From the NCBI GenBank assembly GCA_963806225.1, contig CAWDXG010000001.1, forward strand, positions 544,001 to 608,000: DNA of 64,000 nt, read 5' to 3'. Position 1 is the stretch's first letter. Each line of letters starts with the position of its first letter. This document shows positions 22,590 to 34,765 of the stretch, in pieces. The notes beneath the pieces are model-generated. The model did no database searches, was not told where the DNA came from, and saw only the letters and a list, made by a program, of their open reading frames with translations. Origin of the DNA: an uncultured delta proteobacterium. GTDB taxonomy: Bacteria > Myxococcota_A > Polyangia > Polyangiales > Polyangiaceae. Position numbers and translations under genes: made by a program.

Positions 22590-22659
22590 TGCCCTCGCAG
22601 TCCCGGATCAGGGCCGAGTGTCGGCGCCGTGCGATGTCCGGAGGAGGGGGAATGGAAAA

Positions 22660-23022
22660 ATGGTGACGCATGCAATTCTCATCCAATGGGGGACGCCCAT
22701 CCCCGGCCGCGAGCGCATGGCGCTCGAGGAGTTCAACTCGTACACGCAATGGGCGAACAAGCTGAAGAAGGACGGCAAGATCGAACGGGTAGAGGTGTAC
22801 CAGCTGGAAAGCGCGAACTTCCAGCAGATGTCCGGATTCACGGTCATGGAGGGGACCGAGCAGCAGATCAGGACAGTGGTGGAGGGCGACGATCTCAGAT
22901 CGCGCATCCAGCGGGTCATGAACATGACGCAGAACGTCCGCCTGGAACGCTGCGTGGTCGGGACGGAAGTCGGCACGCGCATGCAGGGCTACGCGGCCGT
23001 GCTGCAGCAGCTGCGGCTCTAA
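22660..23022 (+). CDS. Hypothetical protein (120 aa)
   Basis: Purine-rich upstream region, MVTHAILIQWG start, typical codon usage. Confidence 0.75.
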   Translation: MVTHAILIQWGTPIPGRERMALEEFNSYTQWANKLKKDGKIERVEVYQLESANFQQMSGFTVMEGTEQQIRTVVEGDDLRSRIQRVMNMTQNVRLERCVVGTEVGTRMQGYAAVLQQLRL

Positions 23023-23112
23023 ACGTCCCCGGGTCCGGCGCGGACGCGAGGAACGCTGTTCCGCGCCGGACCGCCCACTAGCCCGGTTTTCGTGTGCTAG
23101 GACGTGGTTGTC

Positions 23113-23751
23113 ATGCCTAACACCTGGGATCCGGATTCACCGACGCCACGACAGGCGCTGGAGCGACTAGTAGTAGGCAACCGGCGTTTCCGCGCCGGGA
23201 CCAAGCCAACCCGGGCGCGGCCGTGGAGCCCGGATCAGGCGGTGCAGAAGCAACGCCCGTTCGCGATCGTGCTCGGGTGCTCGGACTCGCGCACACCCGT
23301 CGAGATCCTGTTCGACCAGGGCTTCGGGGAGTTGTTCGTGGTGCGGGTCGCGGGCAACATCGTCGCGCCTTCCCTCGTCGGCTCCATCGAGTTCGCTGCC
23401 GCCGAGTTCGGATCGCGGTTGGTCGTTGTGATGGGGCACACCCGGTGTGGTGCCGTCACCGCCACGGTCAAGGCGATCGAGACGGGGCTCGGCCCGGAGT
23501 CGAAGAACATCCGCGCGATCACGGACCGCATAGCGCCGCACATCGAGGGACTGGTTCGCGTGGGCGATACCGGCAACGTCGTGCGCGAAGCGGTGCGCGC
23601 GAATGTACGGGCTTCGGTCGATCACCTGCGTCACGGAAGCCGCATCCTCGAGGATCTGGTGCTGGCCGGGCGCGTCGTTGTGGTCGGCGCCGAATACGAG
23701 CTCGAGACCGGCGCGGTCCACTTCCTGGACGATGTGCCGCCGGAGGCGTAG
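23113..23751 (+). CDS. Beta-class carbonic anhydrase
   Basis: CSDSR, RVAGN and GHTRCG zinc-ligand motifs. Confidence 0.95.
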   Translation: MPNTWDPDSPTPRQALERLVVGNRRFRAGTKPTRARPWSPDQAVQKQRPFAIVLGCSDSRTPVEILFDQGFGELFVVRVAGNIVAPSLVGSIEFAAAEFGSRLVVVMGHTRCGAVTATVKAIETGLGPESKNIRAITDRIAPHIEGLVRVGDTGNVVREAVRANVRASVDHLRHGSRILEDLVLAGRVVVVGAEYELETGAVHFLDDVPPEA

Positions 23752-23757
23752 CAGAGC

Positions 23758-24879
23758 TCAGGCGCTGCAGCCGACCCTCATCCACGAAAGCGCCGACGTG
23801 CTCGCCTGGATGAAGTAGACGTAGCGATTCGAGACGACGACGGCCCCGGGATGGATGGCGCCCGAGCCGGCGCTGTACGATTTCACGATCCCGCCGGTCT
23901 TGCGGTCGCGGACAACCGCCTGGCTGCCCTCAATCGTCAGAAGCCCGTCGTCGGTGCCCACGGCAACACCCATCGATGTGCTGGTGCGGGACAGGACCTT
24001 TCCCTTGCTGTCGAGCTCGACGACGCCCCCGCCACCGCTGATCACCAGCTCGCCGCCATCCCAGACGACGGATTGCAGTTGCCCGGCGTTGACGGTCAGC
24101 CCGGTGTCGACGGTCGGCGCGGAGCGGTCGCCGAGCGGAGTGAACGCGGCGGCCTTCGAGCCCCACGATGCGACAACCCCGTTGCAGGTCGGCGTGAGCG
24201 CGAGCGCGTGCGTGGTGTTGTCGTTCCCGAGCCCGGTGTTCAGCAGAGGGTCGCCCAGCGCGGCGCCGAAGAACCTGAGCTCCGGTCCCGGATCCACGAT
24301 GGCAGCCAGCGCCTGTCCGACGCCGGCCAGCGCCGGCACCGAAAGGGAGGGGGAGCCGAGCGTGATGGGGATCGACGTACCCGCCTGCATCGTGTCGAGC
24401 GAGATTGGAATCACGTGATCGAAGGCCGGAGGCGGTAGCAGGTCGACCTCGTTGTCGCGCTGGAATACCACCGGCGCGAGCAGCGGATCGGTTGCCGAGC
24501 CTTCCGCGTCGAACGCCACCACCTGCGTCTGCTCCGGGAAGGCCACACCGATCCGGCGGTTCCCACCCGTCGAGTCCGGGCTCACGACCCAGGATACGGC
24601 CGGGCCGATCGGCGTCTCGATCGCGTTGCCCATATGCACGGTTCCCGTGTTGGCGCTGCCGAGGCTCTGGGTCGATACGCTCGACACCGCCTGCACGTGA
24701 GGGCAAGCGCGCATCATCGGGCAGGTGTCCAGCGTCCCCGGCCCATGCGGTTGCCCGCTCTGCCCCGCGTCGCCGCCGGAACCGCATCCTTCCAGGCAGC
24801 CGCGAGCCGGGCCGCAACCGGCGAGCGCGGGGCTCGCGCCGAGCAGCACGGCCAGCGCCCACAGCCTAGGGCGAAGCAC
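23758..24879 (-). CDS. Hypothetical lipoprotein, beta-propeller-like
   Basis: Lipobox LAGC; overlaps the stop of the upstream VWA gene, so probably co-transcribed. Confidence 0.7.
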   Translation of the reverse strand: MLRPRLWALAVLLGASPALAGCGPARGCLEGCGSGGDAGQSGQPHGPGTLDTCPMMRACPHVQAVSSVSTQSLGSANTGTVHMGNAIETPIGPAVSWVVSPDSTGGNRRIGVAFPEQTQVVAFDAEGSATDPLLAPVVFQRDNEVDLLPPPAFDHVIPISLDTMQAGTSIPITLGSPSLSVPALAGVGQALAAIVDPGPELRFFGAALGDPLLNTGLGNDNTTHALALTPTCNGVVASWGSKAAAFTPLGDRSAPTVDTGLTVNAGQLQSVVWDGGELVISGGGGVVELDSKGKVLSRTSTSMGVAVGTDDGLLTIEGSQAVVRDRKTGGIVKSYSAGSGAIHPGAVVVSNRYVYFIQASTSALSWMRVGCSA

Positions 24880-26191
24880 TGCACTGCCCCTGCATGTGCA
24901 CCGAGTCCGGCGGGTTCGAGCCGCAGGTCGCGGGGCACAGGATCACCCTGTGCGGCAGGACGCCCGGCGCCGGATCGCGATCGAAGTAGAAGCCGCCCTG
25001 GACCGGGTCGCACGCGGCGGCGGCCCCGACGCGCGCTACCAGTGCCCCGCGAGCCGTCACCGACAGGCTCAGCGGATCGATGCCGCCGGACTTGGGCCAG
25101 GGTATCGAGTACTCGCACTCGTCGGCGTGGTTGCGGATCTTGTTGAAGGTCGCGACCAGCTGGCTCGACACGTCGCTGCCGGTGGACACGACGAAGGCCT
25201 GCTCCGTCCCGCCGCCCTGGGCGATCTGCCCCAGCGCGCTCTGGGCGCTGGACTTCTCCTGCGCAGAGAACACGCCGACGACGTACGTCTGGACGCCGTC
25301 CGCGACGCCCGCCTTGGCGGCGTCGACGACATGGGGGATGCCCGCGGTCGTCGCGAGCGGCGACGACGAGATCGCGGCATCACACGCCGTGGGTAGGCCG
25401 TCGGTAGCGAGCAGCACGATCGCCTTGTCGCCGGCGTGCGAGTCCTGCCACGCGCCGGCAGCGGAGATCGCGCCCCGGAGCGCCGGGAGCGTCGGCGTCG
25501 ATCCATCCGGCGTGCGCGTGTCGAGTCCGAGCAGGAGCTTGGCGCGGGCACCGGGCAGCGCTCCGACGTTGACGACCAGGCTCGCGTAGTCACCCGCCGT
25601 GCACGACGTGCGGTTCAGGCAGCTGCCCAGGGTCGTGCACTCGACGCCTGGATTGCAGTACTGGGATGCCTGCCCCATGATGCAGAGCTTCTGGGCGTCG
25701 TCGGCGCAGGCGCCCACCGGATAGCACTTGTCCGAGCCCTGGCAGTCCAGATTGCTGATGCAGGCCTGCTGGCCGCCGGGCAGGCAGACGCTGGTCGGCG
25801 CCCGGTAGCAGGCTCCAGGCTCGCCGCAGTCCGTGTCGCTGACGCAGTTCGGCGGGACGTTGACGCGCTGGATCGGGAAGAACGCCTCGCCCACGCCGAG
25901 GCCGGCGGAATCGGGGTCGGCAAAGAACTCTGCGAGCGCGTCGCGCACAGCTTTGGCCTTGGTCTGGCCGTCGGCCGTCGTGAACCCCATGGAACCGGAC
26001 GTGTCGAGCATGATGAACACGTCCAGCATCGAGTGTTGCGCCCTGGCGTCGAGCTCCACGCACTGGACCGGTACGCCCGCGTCGTCGGTGCTGGTGTAGT
26101 CCCACACTGGCAGCCCCGTCCGCGCTCCACAGGCTGCTGCAGTCGTGGCCACGACCAGGCCTAGCGCGGCGATCGTGCGAATTGGCTTCAA
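24866..26191 (-). CDS. VWA-domain lipoprotein with Cys-rich insertion
   Basis: MIDAS DTSGS, STPT, ATDG; TTG start after a GGGAGGG RBS; lipobox AACG. Confidence 0.85.
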   Translation of the reverse strand: MKPIRTIAALGLVVATTAAACGARTGLPVWDYTSTDDAGVPVQCVELDARAQHSMLDVFIMLDTSGSMGFTTADGQTKAKAVRDALAEFFADPDSAGLGVGEAFFPIQRVNVPPNCVSDTDCGEPGACYRAPTSVCLPGGQQACISNLDCQGSDKCYPVGACADDAQKLCIMGQASQYCNPGVECTTLGSCLNRTSCTAGDYASLVVNVGALPGARAKLLLGLDTRTPDGSTPTLPALRGAISAAGAWQDSHAGDKAIVLLATDGLPTACDAAISSSPLATTAGIPHVVDAAKAGVADGVQTYVVGVFSAQEKSSAQSALGQIAQGGGTEQAFVVSTGSDVSSQLVATFNKIRNHADECEYSIPWPKSGGIDPLSLSVTARGALVARVGAAAACDPVQGGFYFDRDPAPGVLPHRVILCPATCGSNPPDSVHMQGQCSASP

Positions 26192-26286
26192 GGCATCCCT
26201 CCCGTACCGGGCAAGCAGAGTGACGAGCGTAGCCGTCGAGTCTCCGTGGTGCAATGCGCCGCTAGCTCGGGCATCGCGCCGCAGGA

Positions 26287-26302
26287 TGCATCGTGCATGC
26301 CA
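26287..26302 (-). promoter_or_regulatory. Putative sigma-54 promoter for the VWA operon
   Basis: Minus strand reads TGGCATGCACGATGCA, close to the TGGCAC-N5-TTGCW consensus with exact GG-N10-GC spacing. Confidence 0.65.
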
Positions 26303-26504
26303 CCACCGCGATCCGCGGCTGTCGCTTGGATTCTGCCGCTCGCCGCCGGTTTCCATGCGCCTTCCCTGCGACAGCTGTGTCGCGGCGGCTACACCCCTGT
26401 CCCGCGTGGAGCCGGGCCCCGGACGACTCTGGCCTTGCCGCTCGTCGGGCCATGATCTGGCGCGGCGGCGGCGCTTCGTCTAGCCTCCTGGCGCGGAGGG
26501 CGCG

Positions 26505-27017
26505 ATGCCGACGATCGACGACGAGACCCGCGAGCTACTCTTCCAGGTGCTGGTGATGGGCGGCGCGAGCCCCGTGTTCGTGGACGCGCTGGAGCTTGAA
26601 AAGGGCGAGCTCCACACCGGCGTGGTGCAGGGCTGGCACCCGCGCTTCCACTTCGAGGCGTTCCCGCTCGACCCCTGGGCGGGAGACGGCGCGAGCGGCA
26701 AGACGCTCGAGCGCCTGGTGCCCTACGTGGACGCGCTGGTTCTCACCGACGCCCTCGCGACGGGCACGCACTACTCGGCTGCGGCCGTGGAGCGGCTCGG
26801 CCGCACGCTCGGTCCTGGCAAGCTGCATGTGCCCAGCGTCGTGTTCGGCGGGCGCGCGCTGGCCGAGGAGTGGCAGACGCTCTCGAACACCGCTCCGGTG
26901 CTCGTCGTGGAGTCGAAACCCGAGGAGGCGTATCCCGCTTTCAAGGCCCTGGCCAAGGTGCTGCTGCGCTCGCGCATGCGCAGCACGCCGCCGCCGCCTG
27001 CCGTTTCGGAACAGTAG
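26505..27017 (+). CDS. Degenerate MglA-like small-GTPase-fold protein lacking the P-loop
   Basis: Colinear similarity by eye to M. xanthus MglA (see findings); no GxxxxGKT or NKxD. Confidence 0.55.
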   Translation: MPTIDDETRELLFQVLVMGGASPVFVDALELEKGELHTGVVQGWHPRFHFEAFPLDPWAGDGASGKTLERLVPYVDALVLTDALATGTHYSAAAVERLGRTLGPGKLHVPSVVFGGRALAEEWQTLSNTAPVLVVESKPEEAYPAFKALAKVLLRSRMRSTPPPPAVSEQ

Positions 27018-27023
27018 CGACGC

Positions 27024-28004
27024 TCAAGCGCCGGGGGGCGCCAGCTCCAGCACGATCGCGCCGTCGATGATCGCCACGTCGCCCTCGCGCTTGATGTGCA
27101 TCCCCCCGCCGACCTTGGCGTAGCCCTTGGCGGGGAAGGCGTTCTTCCCGTCGAGCATCCAGCCGTGGTCGATCGGCTCGACGCGCACGTAGGTGTTCTC
27201 GAACTTCGTGCCCGCGTAGGGCGCCGGGTCGTGCAGCACGAGCACCGACGGGTCCGGAGCGCCGCGCTCGTCGTGTCCCGCGTCCACGACGGTCAGCCAG
27301 TGTCCGCCGTGCCGGTGATAGGCGTGGCCCCCCGGACCGGGCTTGTACCAGCCGACGTTGATCCACGCTGCACCACCCGGGTGCAGCGCGGAAGCGATCC
27401 AGTGGAGGTCGGGCTTGCGCACCCCCACGTCGTAGGCGAGCGCATGTCCACGCCAGCCTTCGTACTCGAGCCGCTTGACCTGGTAGCCCGCGTCCTTTGC
27501 CCAGCGTGCGAGGCCGGGAAGGATACCGAAGGCGCCCGTGCCAGAGTACGGGCTGGTCGCCATGTAGTGGTGGCTACCGAGCCTGCGCACCAGCTCGAGC
27601 TGCTGCTCGTGCGGCGTAGGGCCGGGCGGTGCGAGTTTCGGGTAGCCGTGCGAGGAAAGCCACATCACGCTATTCGAGATGGCCACCGGCCCGCAGTAGG
27701 AGTTGCCACCGCCGGGCACGCCGAGCTCGGGATCGGTCTGCGTGAGGTCCGGCGTGTCGAACGCGCGCTGGCGCAGCACGCGCTTCGGCTTCGGCTTTGG
27801 CGGAGCTGGCGCCGCGTGGGCTGGCGCCGCGTGGAGCTTCGGCGCGGGCGTCCGGACGACGGAGGCCGGCGCGGTGGCGGCGGTGCCCAGCTTCAGCCAG
27901 AGCAGCGTGCAGGCGAGCCCCGCACCGGCACCGAGCACGCCCGTCACCAGCCAGCGCGGTGCACGCGGGCGGTCCGGGGCGGATGCGGTGGACGGTTCGA
28001 CCAT
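27024..28004 (-). CDS. Membrane-anchored C39-like cysteine peptidase
   Basis: N-terminal TM helix; YCGP, GGHW and HDP catalytic-triad pattern. Confidence 0.7.
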   Translation of the reverse strand: MVEPSTASAPDRPRAPRWLVTGVLGAGAGLACTLLWLKLGTAATAPASVVRTPAPKLHAAPAHAAPAPPKPKPKRVLRQRAFDTPDLTQTDPELGVPGGGNSYCGPVAISNSVMWLSSHGYPKLAPPGPTPHEQQLELVRRLGSHHYMATSPYSGTGAFGILPGLARWAKDAGYQVKRLEYEGWRGHALAYDVGVRKPDLHWIASALHPGGAAWINVGWYKPGPGGHAYHRHGGHWLTVVDAGHDERGAPDPSVLVLHDPAPYAGTKFENTYVRVEPIDHGWMLDGKNAFPAKGYAKVGGGMHIKREGDVAIIDGAIVLELAPPGA

Positions 28005-28128
28005 GGGCGGCCTCAAAATGGATCGCCGGACGCACTGCGGGCAAGTCCGCAGGCGTCCGGCCGGATGTTCTTCCGGATTCGGCGTCAGCACCGGGGCGAG
28101 TCGCCCCCGGCGCTGTCCGCCGGGTCGG

Positions 28129-29976
28129 CTACTCGAGCATGCGGTTCAGCCGCTCGAGCATCGCCCGGACCGCCGGGTTGTAGCCGGAGTCGGGGCTGCC
28201 CACCGACGTGACCGCCGGGCAGATCGACGCGGTGACTCCGCGATCGCCGAGCGCGTGCATGAGCGCCAGCTGGCGCAGCCCCGGGTAGGCCTTGGCGAAG
28301 TACTGCGTCGTGCTGTAGGTGCCGTCCGCCGGGTTCTGGCACAGGGGCTTGTCCGGCGAGCTGTCCGGCAACCCGAGCGTGCTGCAGTCCAGGCCGTTCT
28401 GTTTGGGCGAAGCCAGCGGGAACACGCAGGCGTACTGCAGATCGTTCCGGGGCGGAATGTCGTACTCGTGGCCGTTGATGGGGTTTTGCATGGCGCCCGC
28501 CGAGGGCGGCGCGATGGCATCGCCGGTCACGGGATTCTTGCCGCTGCGCGGCTCGATCGATTCCTGCTGCAGCGGATCGGTCGGCTCCTTGTAGCTCGCG
28601 GGGTCTCCCGCGATCATGCCCCAGCGACTCTTGCTGGAGAGTTCGCTGGCGGACATGTTGCTCAGGTTCTGGGTGCTCGACGGATTGCGGGCGATATCCT
28701 GCCAGGGCACGCCCGTGATGACCGTTGCAGAGACCAGCGACGGGCTGCGGCCGCTGGCGAACAGCGGATTTTGCACCGGCGTATCGCCAGGGGCGCAGGC
28801 CAGATCCAGCTCGTCCGGGCAGATCTTCGCCTTGCCGAGCGCGTTCGCATAGCGCTGCACGGGGTACAGCAGATCGAGACCGAAACGCTGCTTCTCGTGG
28901 AAGCAGCGCATGTTGACCGAGTCTTCCTTGTCGGTGAAGGCGCCCTTCAGGCACGAAGGGTCCGCCATGATCGCCGTGCAACCCGAGGGAGGCGAGCTCT
29001 CGTGGAGGGCGCAGGAGCGGCAGCACGGGCTGCCCGGATCCGTCGCGCAGGCCGACGTCGCTCGCGGCATGTGGTCCTGCCGCGCCACAAGCCAGCCGAG
29101 GCCCTGGTCCTCGATGCTGCAGTCGTCCTCGTCGGTCAAGAGCACGACCATCACGGCCGAGTCCGGCCTCAGGAACGCCTTGCGCTCGTCGAGCACTTCC
29201 TGGTCGGTGCCCGTCGGGCTGCTTGTGTTGTTCTGTATCGCAACGCCGGTCGGCGGCTTCGGCTCCGCCAGGAATCGATACATGGCCTCGAGCGTCGACT
29301 CGAAGCCGCACCCCTTCTCGCCTGTCGCCTTGATGGTGTTCGCTACGTCGTTTTCGAAGCTCGAGAGGTTGCTCGCGCCTGGCGGGCTGGACTGGCCCTT
29401 CGGGTCCCACACCAGAAAGCCGCTGTTGTTCCAGCTCGGCAGCCCCTGCCGCACCTTGGGTAGCAGGTGTGCGTGGTCGTCGTTGTTGGGGTTCATGTTG
29501 TCCGCGCCCTGCGGATTGCAGAAGTTCGTCGCTGCGCCGTGGCCGCCCAGGCTCGACGTGATCACGCCGACGTGCATGTCCGTGACGGGAGCCACCTCGC
29601 GCGAGTAGCCCGCAGGGCAGGGGGCGCTCGGGTCGGCCACGGGTTTCAGATCGCCGCCCGGACCGACGCACAACGGGTTCGCCAAGCGGTCGATGATGCC
29701 CGGCGCCGCCTGGGCGAGGATGGCCTGCTTGTCGGCCATCGAGATGGAGTTGTCGACCACGAGCAGCAGATCGAGCTTGTTGCTGCGGGTCTGCTGGGTG
29801 GTGCCACCGGTGCCCGCCGTGCCGCCGCCGCCCGCCGCTCCGCCGCTGCCCGCCGTTCCGCCGCTGCCCGCCGTGCCCGCCGTACCGCCGCCGCCGGTGT
29901 TGTCGATGCTGGTTCCGCTGCAGCCGACGACCGCGGCGAGCCCGACTATTCCCAGGCTGACAAGTACCCTGTTCAT
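28129..29976 (-). CDS. Myxobacterial VWA-like Cys-rich lipoprotein
   Basis: Lipobox VGC, Gly/Thr/Ala tether, KLDLLLVVDNSISM, GCGFE and LTDEDDCS. Confidence 0.85.
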   Translation of the reverse strand: MNRVLVSLGIVGLAAVVGCSGTSIDNTGGGGTAGTAGSGGTAGSGGAAGGGGTAGTGGTTQQTRSNKLDLLLVVDNSISMADKQAILAQAAPGIIDRLANPLCVGPGGDLKPVADPSAPCPAGYSREVAPVTDMHVGVITSSLGGHGAATNFCNPQGADNMNPNNDDHAHLLPKVRQGLPSWNNSGFLVWDPKGQSSPPGASNLSSFENDVANTIKATGEKGCGFESTLEAMYRFLAEPKPPTGVAIQNNTSSPTGTDQEVLDERKAFLRPDSAVMVVLLTDEDDCSIEDQGLGWLVARQDHMPRATSACATDPGSPCCRSCALHESSPPSGCTAIMADPSCLKGAFTDKEDSVNMRCFHEKQRFGLDLLYPVQRYANALGKAKICPDELDLACAPGDTPVQNPLFASGRSPSLVSATVITGVPWQDIARNPSSTQNLSNMSASELSSKSRWGMIAGDPASYKEPTDPLQQESIEPRSGKNPVTGDAIAPPSAGAMQNPINGHEYDIPPRNDLQYACVFPLASPKQNGLDCSTLGLPDSSPDKPLCQNPADGTYSTTQYFAKAYPGLRQLALMHALGDRGVTASICPAVTSVGSPDSGYNPAVRAMLERLNRMLE

Positions 29977-30042
29977 GCTGCTCCTCCTGCTGACTGGCCC
30001 TGCTGGTGATCCGTAGTGTCAGCGCTGGGCGATAACGGCTCA

Positions 30043-31507
<1,465 letters not shown>

Positions 31508-31622
31508 GCGCCAGGGAACAGTCTGACGGCTCCGGCTCGTGGCGCAAAGCGTCGTTCGCACCCGCTCCGTGACGAAAAGCTGACAGCCCTGGGTCCCGGC
31601 TGGGCCTACGTTACCTGTTGTT

Positions 31623-32654
31623 GTGAGCATCGCTGTCGTCGTCAACACCCAGGCCCGTCGCGGAAGCGACGCAGTGGCGGCTCTGTGCCGCTCGCGCCTG
31701 CCCTCGGCGCGCGTCCTCACCTCGCGCAGCCTCGAGGACTGCGCCGGCTTCGTGCGCGAGCTCGGATCGCCGGCTCCTGCCGTGGTGATCTCGGCAGGTG
31801 GTGACGGCACCGCCGTCGGCTTGCTCAATACGTCGCGCGCCGCCGCGCAGGCCGGGGCGCCGGTGCCGTGGCTATCGGGCATCGCGGCGCCGACCACCGC
31901 GCTGGGCATGCTGCCGCTCGGGACGGGCAATGCCTGGGCGCGTGTCACCGGTGCCCGCAACTGGCGCAAGGCCATCAACCAGCTCGGCTCGATCGTGCCC
32001 GGCTCACCGCTGCCGGTGCGCCGCTTCGACCTGGTGGAAGTCGACGGACAGATCGCGCACTTCGCCGGCACCGGCTGGGACGCCGAGATGATCGACGACT
32101 TCTACGCGCAGAAGGACGCGCCCGGCATCCTGCCCAGGAGCCGACGGAACGGCCTCATGGGCTACCTGAACGGGATGTTCACCCGCACCATCCCGCGGCA
32201 CTTCTCCGGGCCGTCGGTCGAGGTCGAGCTCGTCAATACGGGCGCCGACGCACTCACCGTGGACGAGAAGGGACGCGTCGTACCGCTGCCGGGCGGCGAG
32301 CACGGAGCCGTGTTGTATCGCGGTCCGGTGAGCGTGTGCGCGGCCGGCACGATCCAGGAATGGGGCTTCGGCTTCCGGGCTTTCCCGTTCGCCGGGCTGG
32401 TGCCGGGGCGGTTCTGCATGCGCATCTACGCTGCGGGTGCCGTCGAGGCGACGATACGCATGCGCCAGCTCTGGCGCGGCGCGCACCCCTGCCCGAAGAT
32501 GCACACCTGGCTTTTGGACAGTTGCCACGCGACCTTCTCCAAGTCCGTACCGTTCCAGGTCGGCGGCGACCGCGTCGCGCACCGCTCCGAGGTCGAGTAC
32601 AAGCTCGCCAGCGAGTGGGTCAACCTGCTCGACTGGTCCGCATTGCCCAACTAG
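31623..32654 (+). CDS. Diacylglycerol kinase catalytic-domain family protein
   Basis: AGGDGT, LPLGTGN and FAGTGWDA motifs. Confidence 0.85.
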   Translation: MSIAVVVNTQARRGSDAVAALCRSRLPSARVLTSRSLEDCAGFVRELGSPAPAVVISAGGDGTAVGLLNTSRAAAQAGAPVPWLSGIAAPTTALGMLPLGTGNAWARVTGARNWRKAINQLGSIVPGSPLPVRRFDLVEVDGQIAHFAGTGWDAEMIDDFYAQKDAPGILPRSRRNGLMGYLNGMFTRTIPRHFSGPSVEVELVNTGADALTVDEKGRVVPLPGGEHGAVLYRGPVSVCAAGTIQEWGFGFRAFPFAGLVPGRFCMRIYAAGAVEATIRMRQLWRGAHPCPKMHTWLLDSCHATFSKSVPFQVGGDRVAHRSEVEYKLASEWVNLLDWSALPN

Positions 32655-32691
32655 CGCTACCCTGTCGGCACGCCCTGGCGCGTGCCGACCC

Positions 32692-33531
32692 ATGTACGCC
32701 GTTGCACTGACCCGTTGGGGTCCGCCCCACCCGCCCGGCTCGCCGCCGGATGCCCGTCCCGCCGCTCTGGTCGAGGAGCTGGCCACAGCGCTGGCGCCGC
32801 ATCTAGGTCGGACCGAGTACGATCTCCGCCTGCTGCTGGCCGGCGCGCTGCCCAATGTGCTCCTGCGCACGGCTGAGGTGCCGCGCGCCCAGGAACTGCT
32901 CGGGGTACTCCGGGCAGCCGGTCACGGCGCCGTCGCTTGCGATCTCGATCGCGTCGCCGGCTCGGGGAGCCTGCTCGCGCCGCGCGACTTCGTGTTCGAG
33001 GCCGACGGCTTCAGCGGTACGGTGCCCGGCTCGGGCCCGGTGCGCCTGGAATACGCGCAGGTCCTCGCGCTGGTCCGCGCGACGCACGACACGTCCGAGG
33101 AGATCACCACCGAGACCAAGGAAAAGAAGCTCAGTCTGGCGCGAGCGGCGGTAACAGGCGGGCTCTCGTTCTCGAAGACCACGACCCGGCGCGAACATTC
33201 GCTCCGCGGCGAACGCGAGCAGGTGCTGTACGTCTTCACTCGCTCTGGCGAAGGTCACCTGCTGCTCCGCGAACAGCGGCTGCGCTATGCGGGCCTCGGC
33301 GAACGCGTGGGCCGCACGCTACTCGAGAACTTCAACACCACGGTCGAGCTCTTCTGCGCACACGCTCCCGCCGCCCACTACGACGACCGGCTGATGTCGC
33401 AGCGCCGACGCGAAAGCGTCGTGCATGCCACGAGCGCGGTGGGCAACGCCCAGGTCGCCACCACCAACGCCGCCGAGACTGATCTCGCCGCGCACCTGAT
33501 TGCCGTGGCGTGCCTGCAGGGGCAGCTCTAG
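32692..33531 (+). CDS. Hypothetical protein
   Basis: ORF directly downstream of the kinase gene with coding-like GC3. Confidence 0.7.
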   Translation: MYAVALTRWGPPHPPGSPPDARPAALVEELATALAPHLGRTEYDLRLLLAGALPNVLLRTAEVPRAQELLGVLRAAGHGAVACDLDRVAGSGSLLAPRDFVFEADGFSGTVPGSGPVRLEYAQVLALVRATHDTSEEITTETKEKKLSLARAAVTGGLSFSKTTTRREHSLRGEREQVLYVFTRSGEGHLLLREQRLRYAGLGERVGRTLLENFNTTVELFCAHAPAAHYDDRLMSQRRRESVVHATSAVGNAQVATTNAAETDLAAHLIAVACLQGQL

Positions 33532-33542
33532 AGCCCGGCGCG

Positions 33543-34509
33543 CTAGTCCTGCCAGACGACGCGGTTGCGCCCGCCGTGCTTGGCGGCGTACAGGCGTCGG
33601 TCCGCAACGGCGATGAGCGCTTGCGGCGTCGGCTCCTCGGCGCACACGAGCGAGGCCGCGCCGACGCTGATGGTGACCGGAATCGGCACCTGCTCGAACA
33701 CCACCGGGGCGGCCGCGGCCGTCCCGCGGAGCCGCTCGCCGACGTGCGCGGCGCCGTCCACCGTGATGCCACGCAGGACGATTGCGAACTCCTCGCCGCC
33801 GTAGCGCACGAAAATGTCCTCGGCGCGCAGGCCGGACCGGATCCGCGCCGGTCAGGTCGATCAGCACGGCGTCGCCCGCCTGGTGGCCGTAGGTGTCGTT
33901 GACGCGCTTGAAGTGGTCGAGGTCGAACATCAATAGCGAGAGCAACGTCCGGTGGCGCCGCGCGTACGACACCTCCGCCTTGAGGCGCTCGTCGAAATGC
34001 TCGCGGTTGTAGCAGCCGGTCAGTGCGTCGCGCACGCTGGCTTCGTACAGCTTGCGAAGGACGTTTTCCTCGTCCTCGTCCGTGATCGAGTAGCGGAAGA
34101 TGACGCTCGGCCCGAGCTGGATCATGTCGCCGTCGGTGAGCTGGCGCTTCTTGATCCGCTCGCCCTGCACGAAGCTGCCGTTGGCCGATTCGAGATCCTC
34201 CACCGAATAGCTGCTGCCCTCGCGCCTGAGCTTCGCATGGTGCCGACTCATGCCCGAGTCGTTCAGCCAGATGTTCGATTCCATGCTGCGGCCGATGCTG
34301 TACTCGGCGTTGTCCAGGCGGATCACCTGCCCCAGCTGGTTGCCGTGCACGCGCACCAGCAAGTGGCGATCGCGCGGCGCGGCGGTCTGCGCGCGCCTCA
34401 GCTCGGCGAGGTTGACGATCGCAGTGCGCTCGGCCCCCTCGTCGTCATACTCGTCTTCGTCGTAGCCGCCCACGGTATTGCCCGAAGAATGATCAACCGA
34501 AGCTACCAC
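33543..34509 (-). CDS. FHA-domain diguanylate cyclase (frameshift near 33850)
   Basis: FHA motifs IGR, SRHH, SANG; DALTG, DLDHFKRVNDTYGH and RYGGEEF; start uncertain. Confidence 0.9.
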
Positions 34510-34765
34510 GGACCGCGGCAGATTGGCAGCGCCTCGTTTCCGCCCGCCGTCCGGCGCGGGGAGGGTGATCCCCGCGGGAAATTTCCGCCTGTCGCGTCCT
34601 CCTCGGGGGCCCGGCAGCCGCGGAGCGGCATAGTCACATGGTGTACGTCTTCCGGGGCGTCCCCCGACGCCGGGCGCGCCTTGGGGCGTTGACCGATCCC
34701 ATGCGCTGCATCCCCCCCGGCTTCGCCGACGTACCTCGGTCAGACCGTGTCCTACGGCGTGAAGA

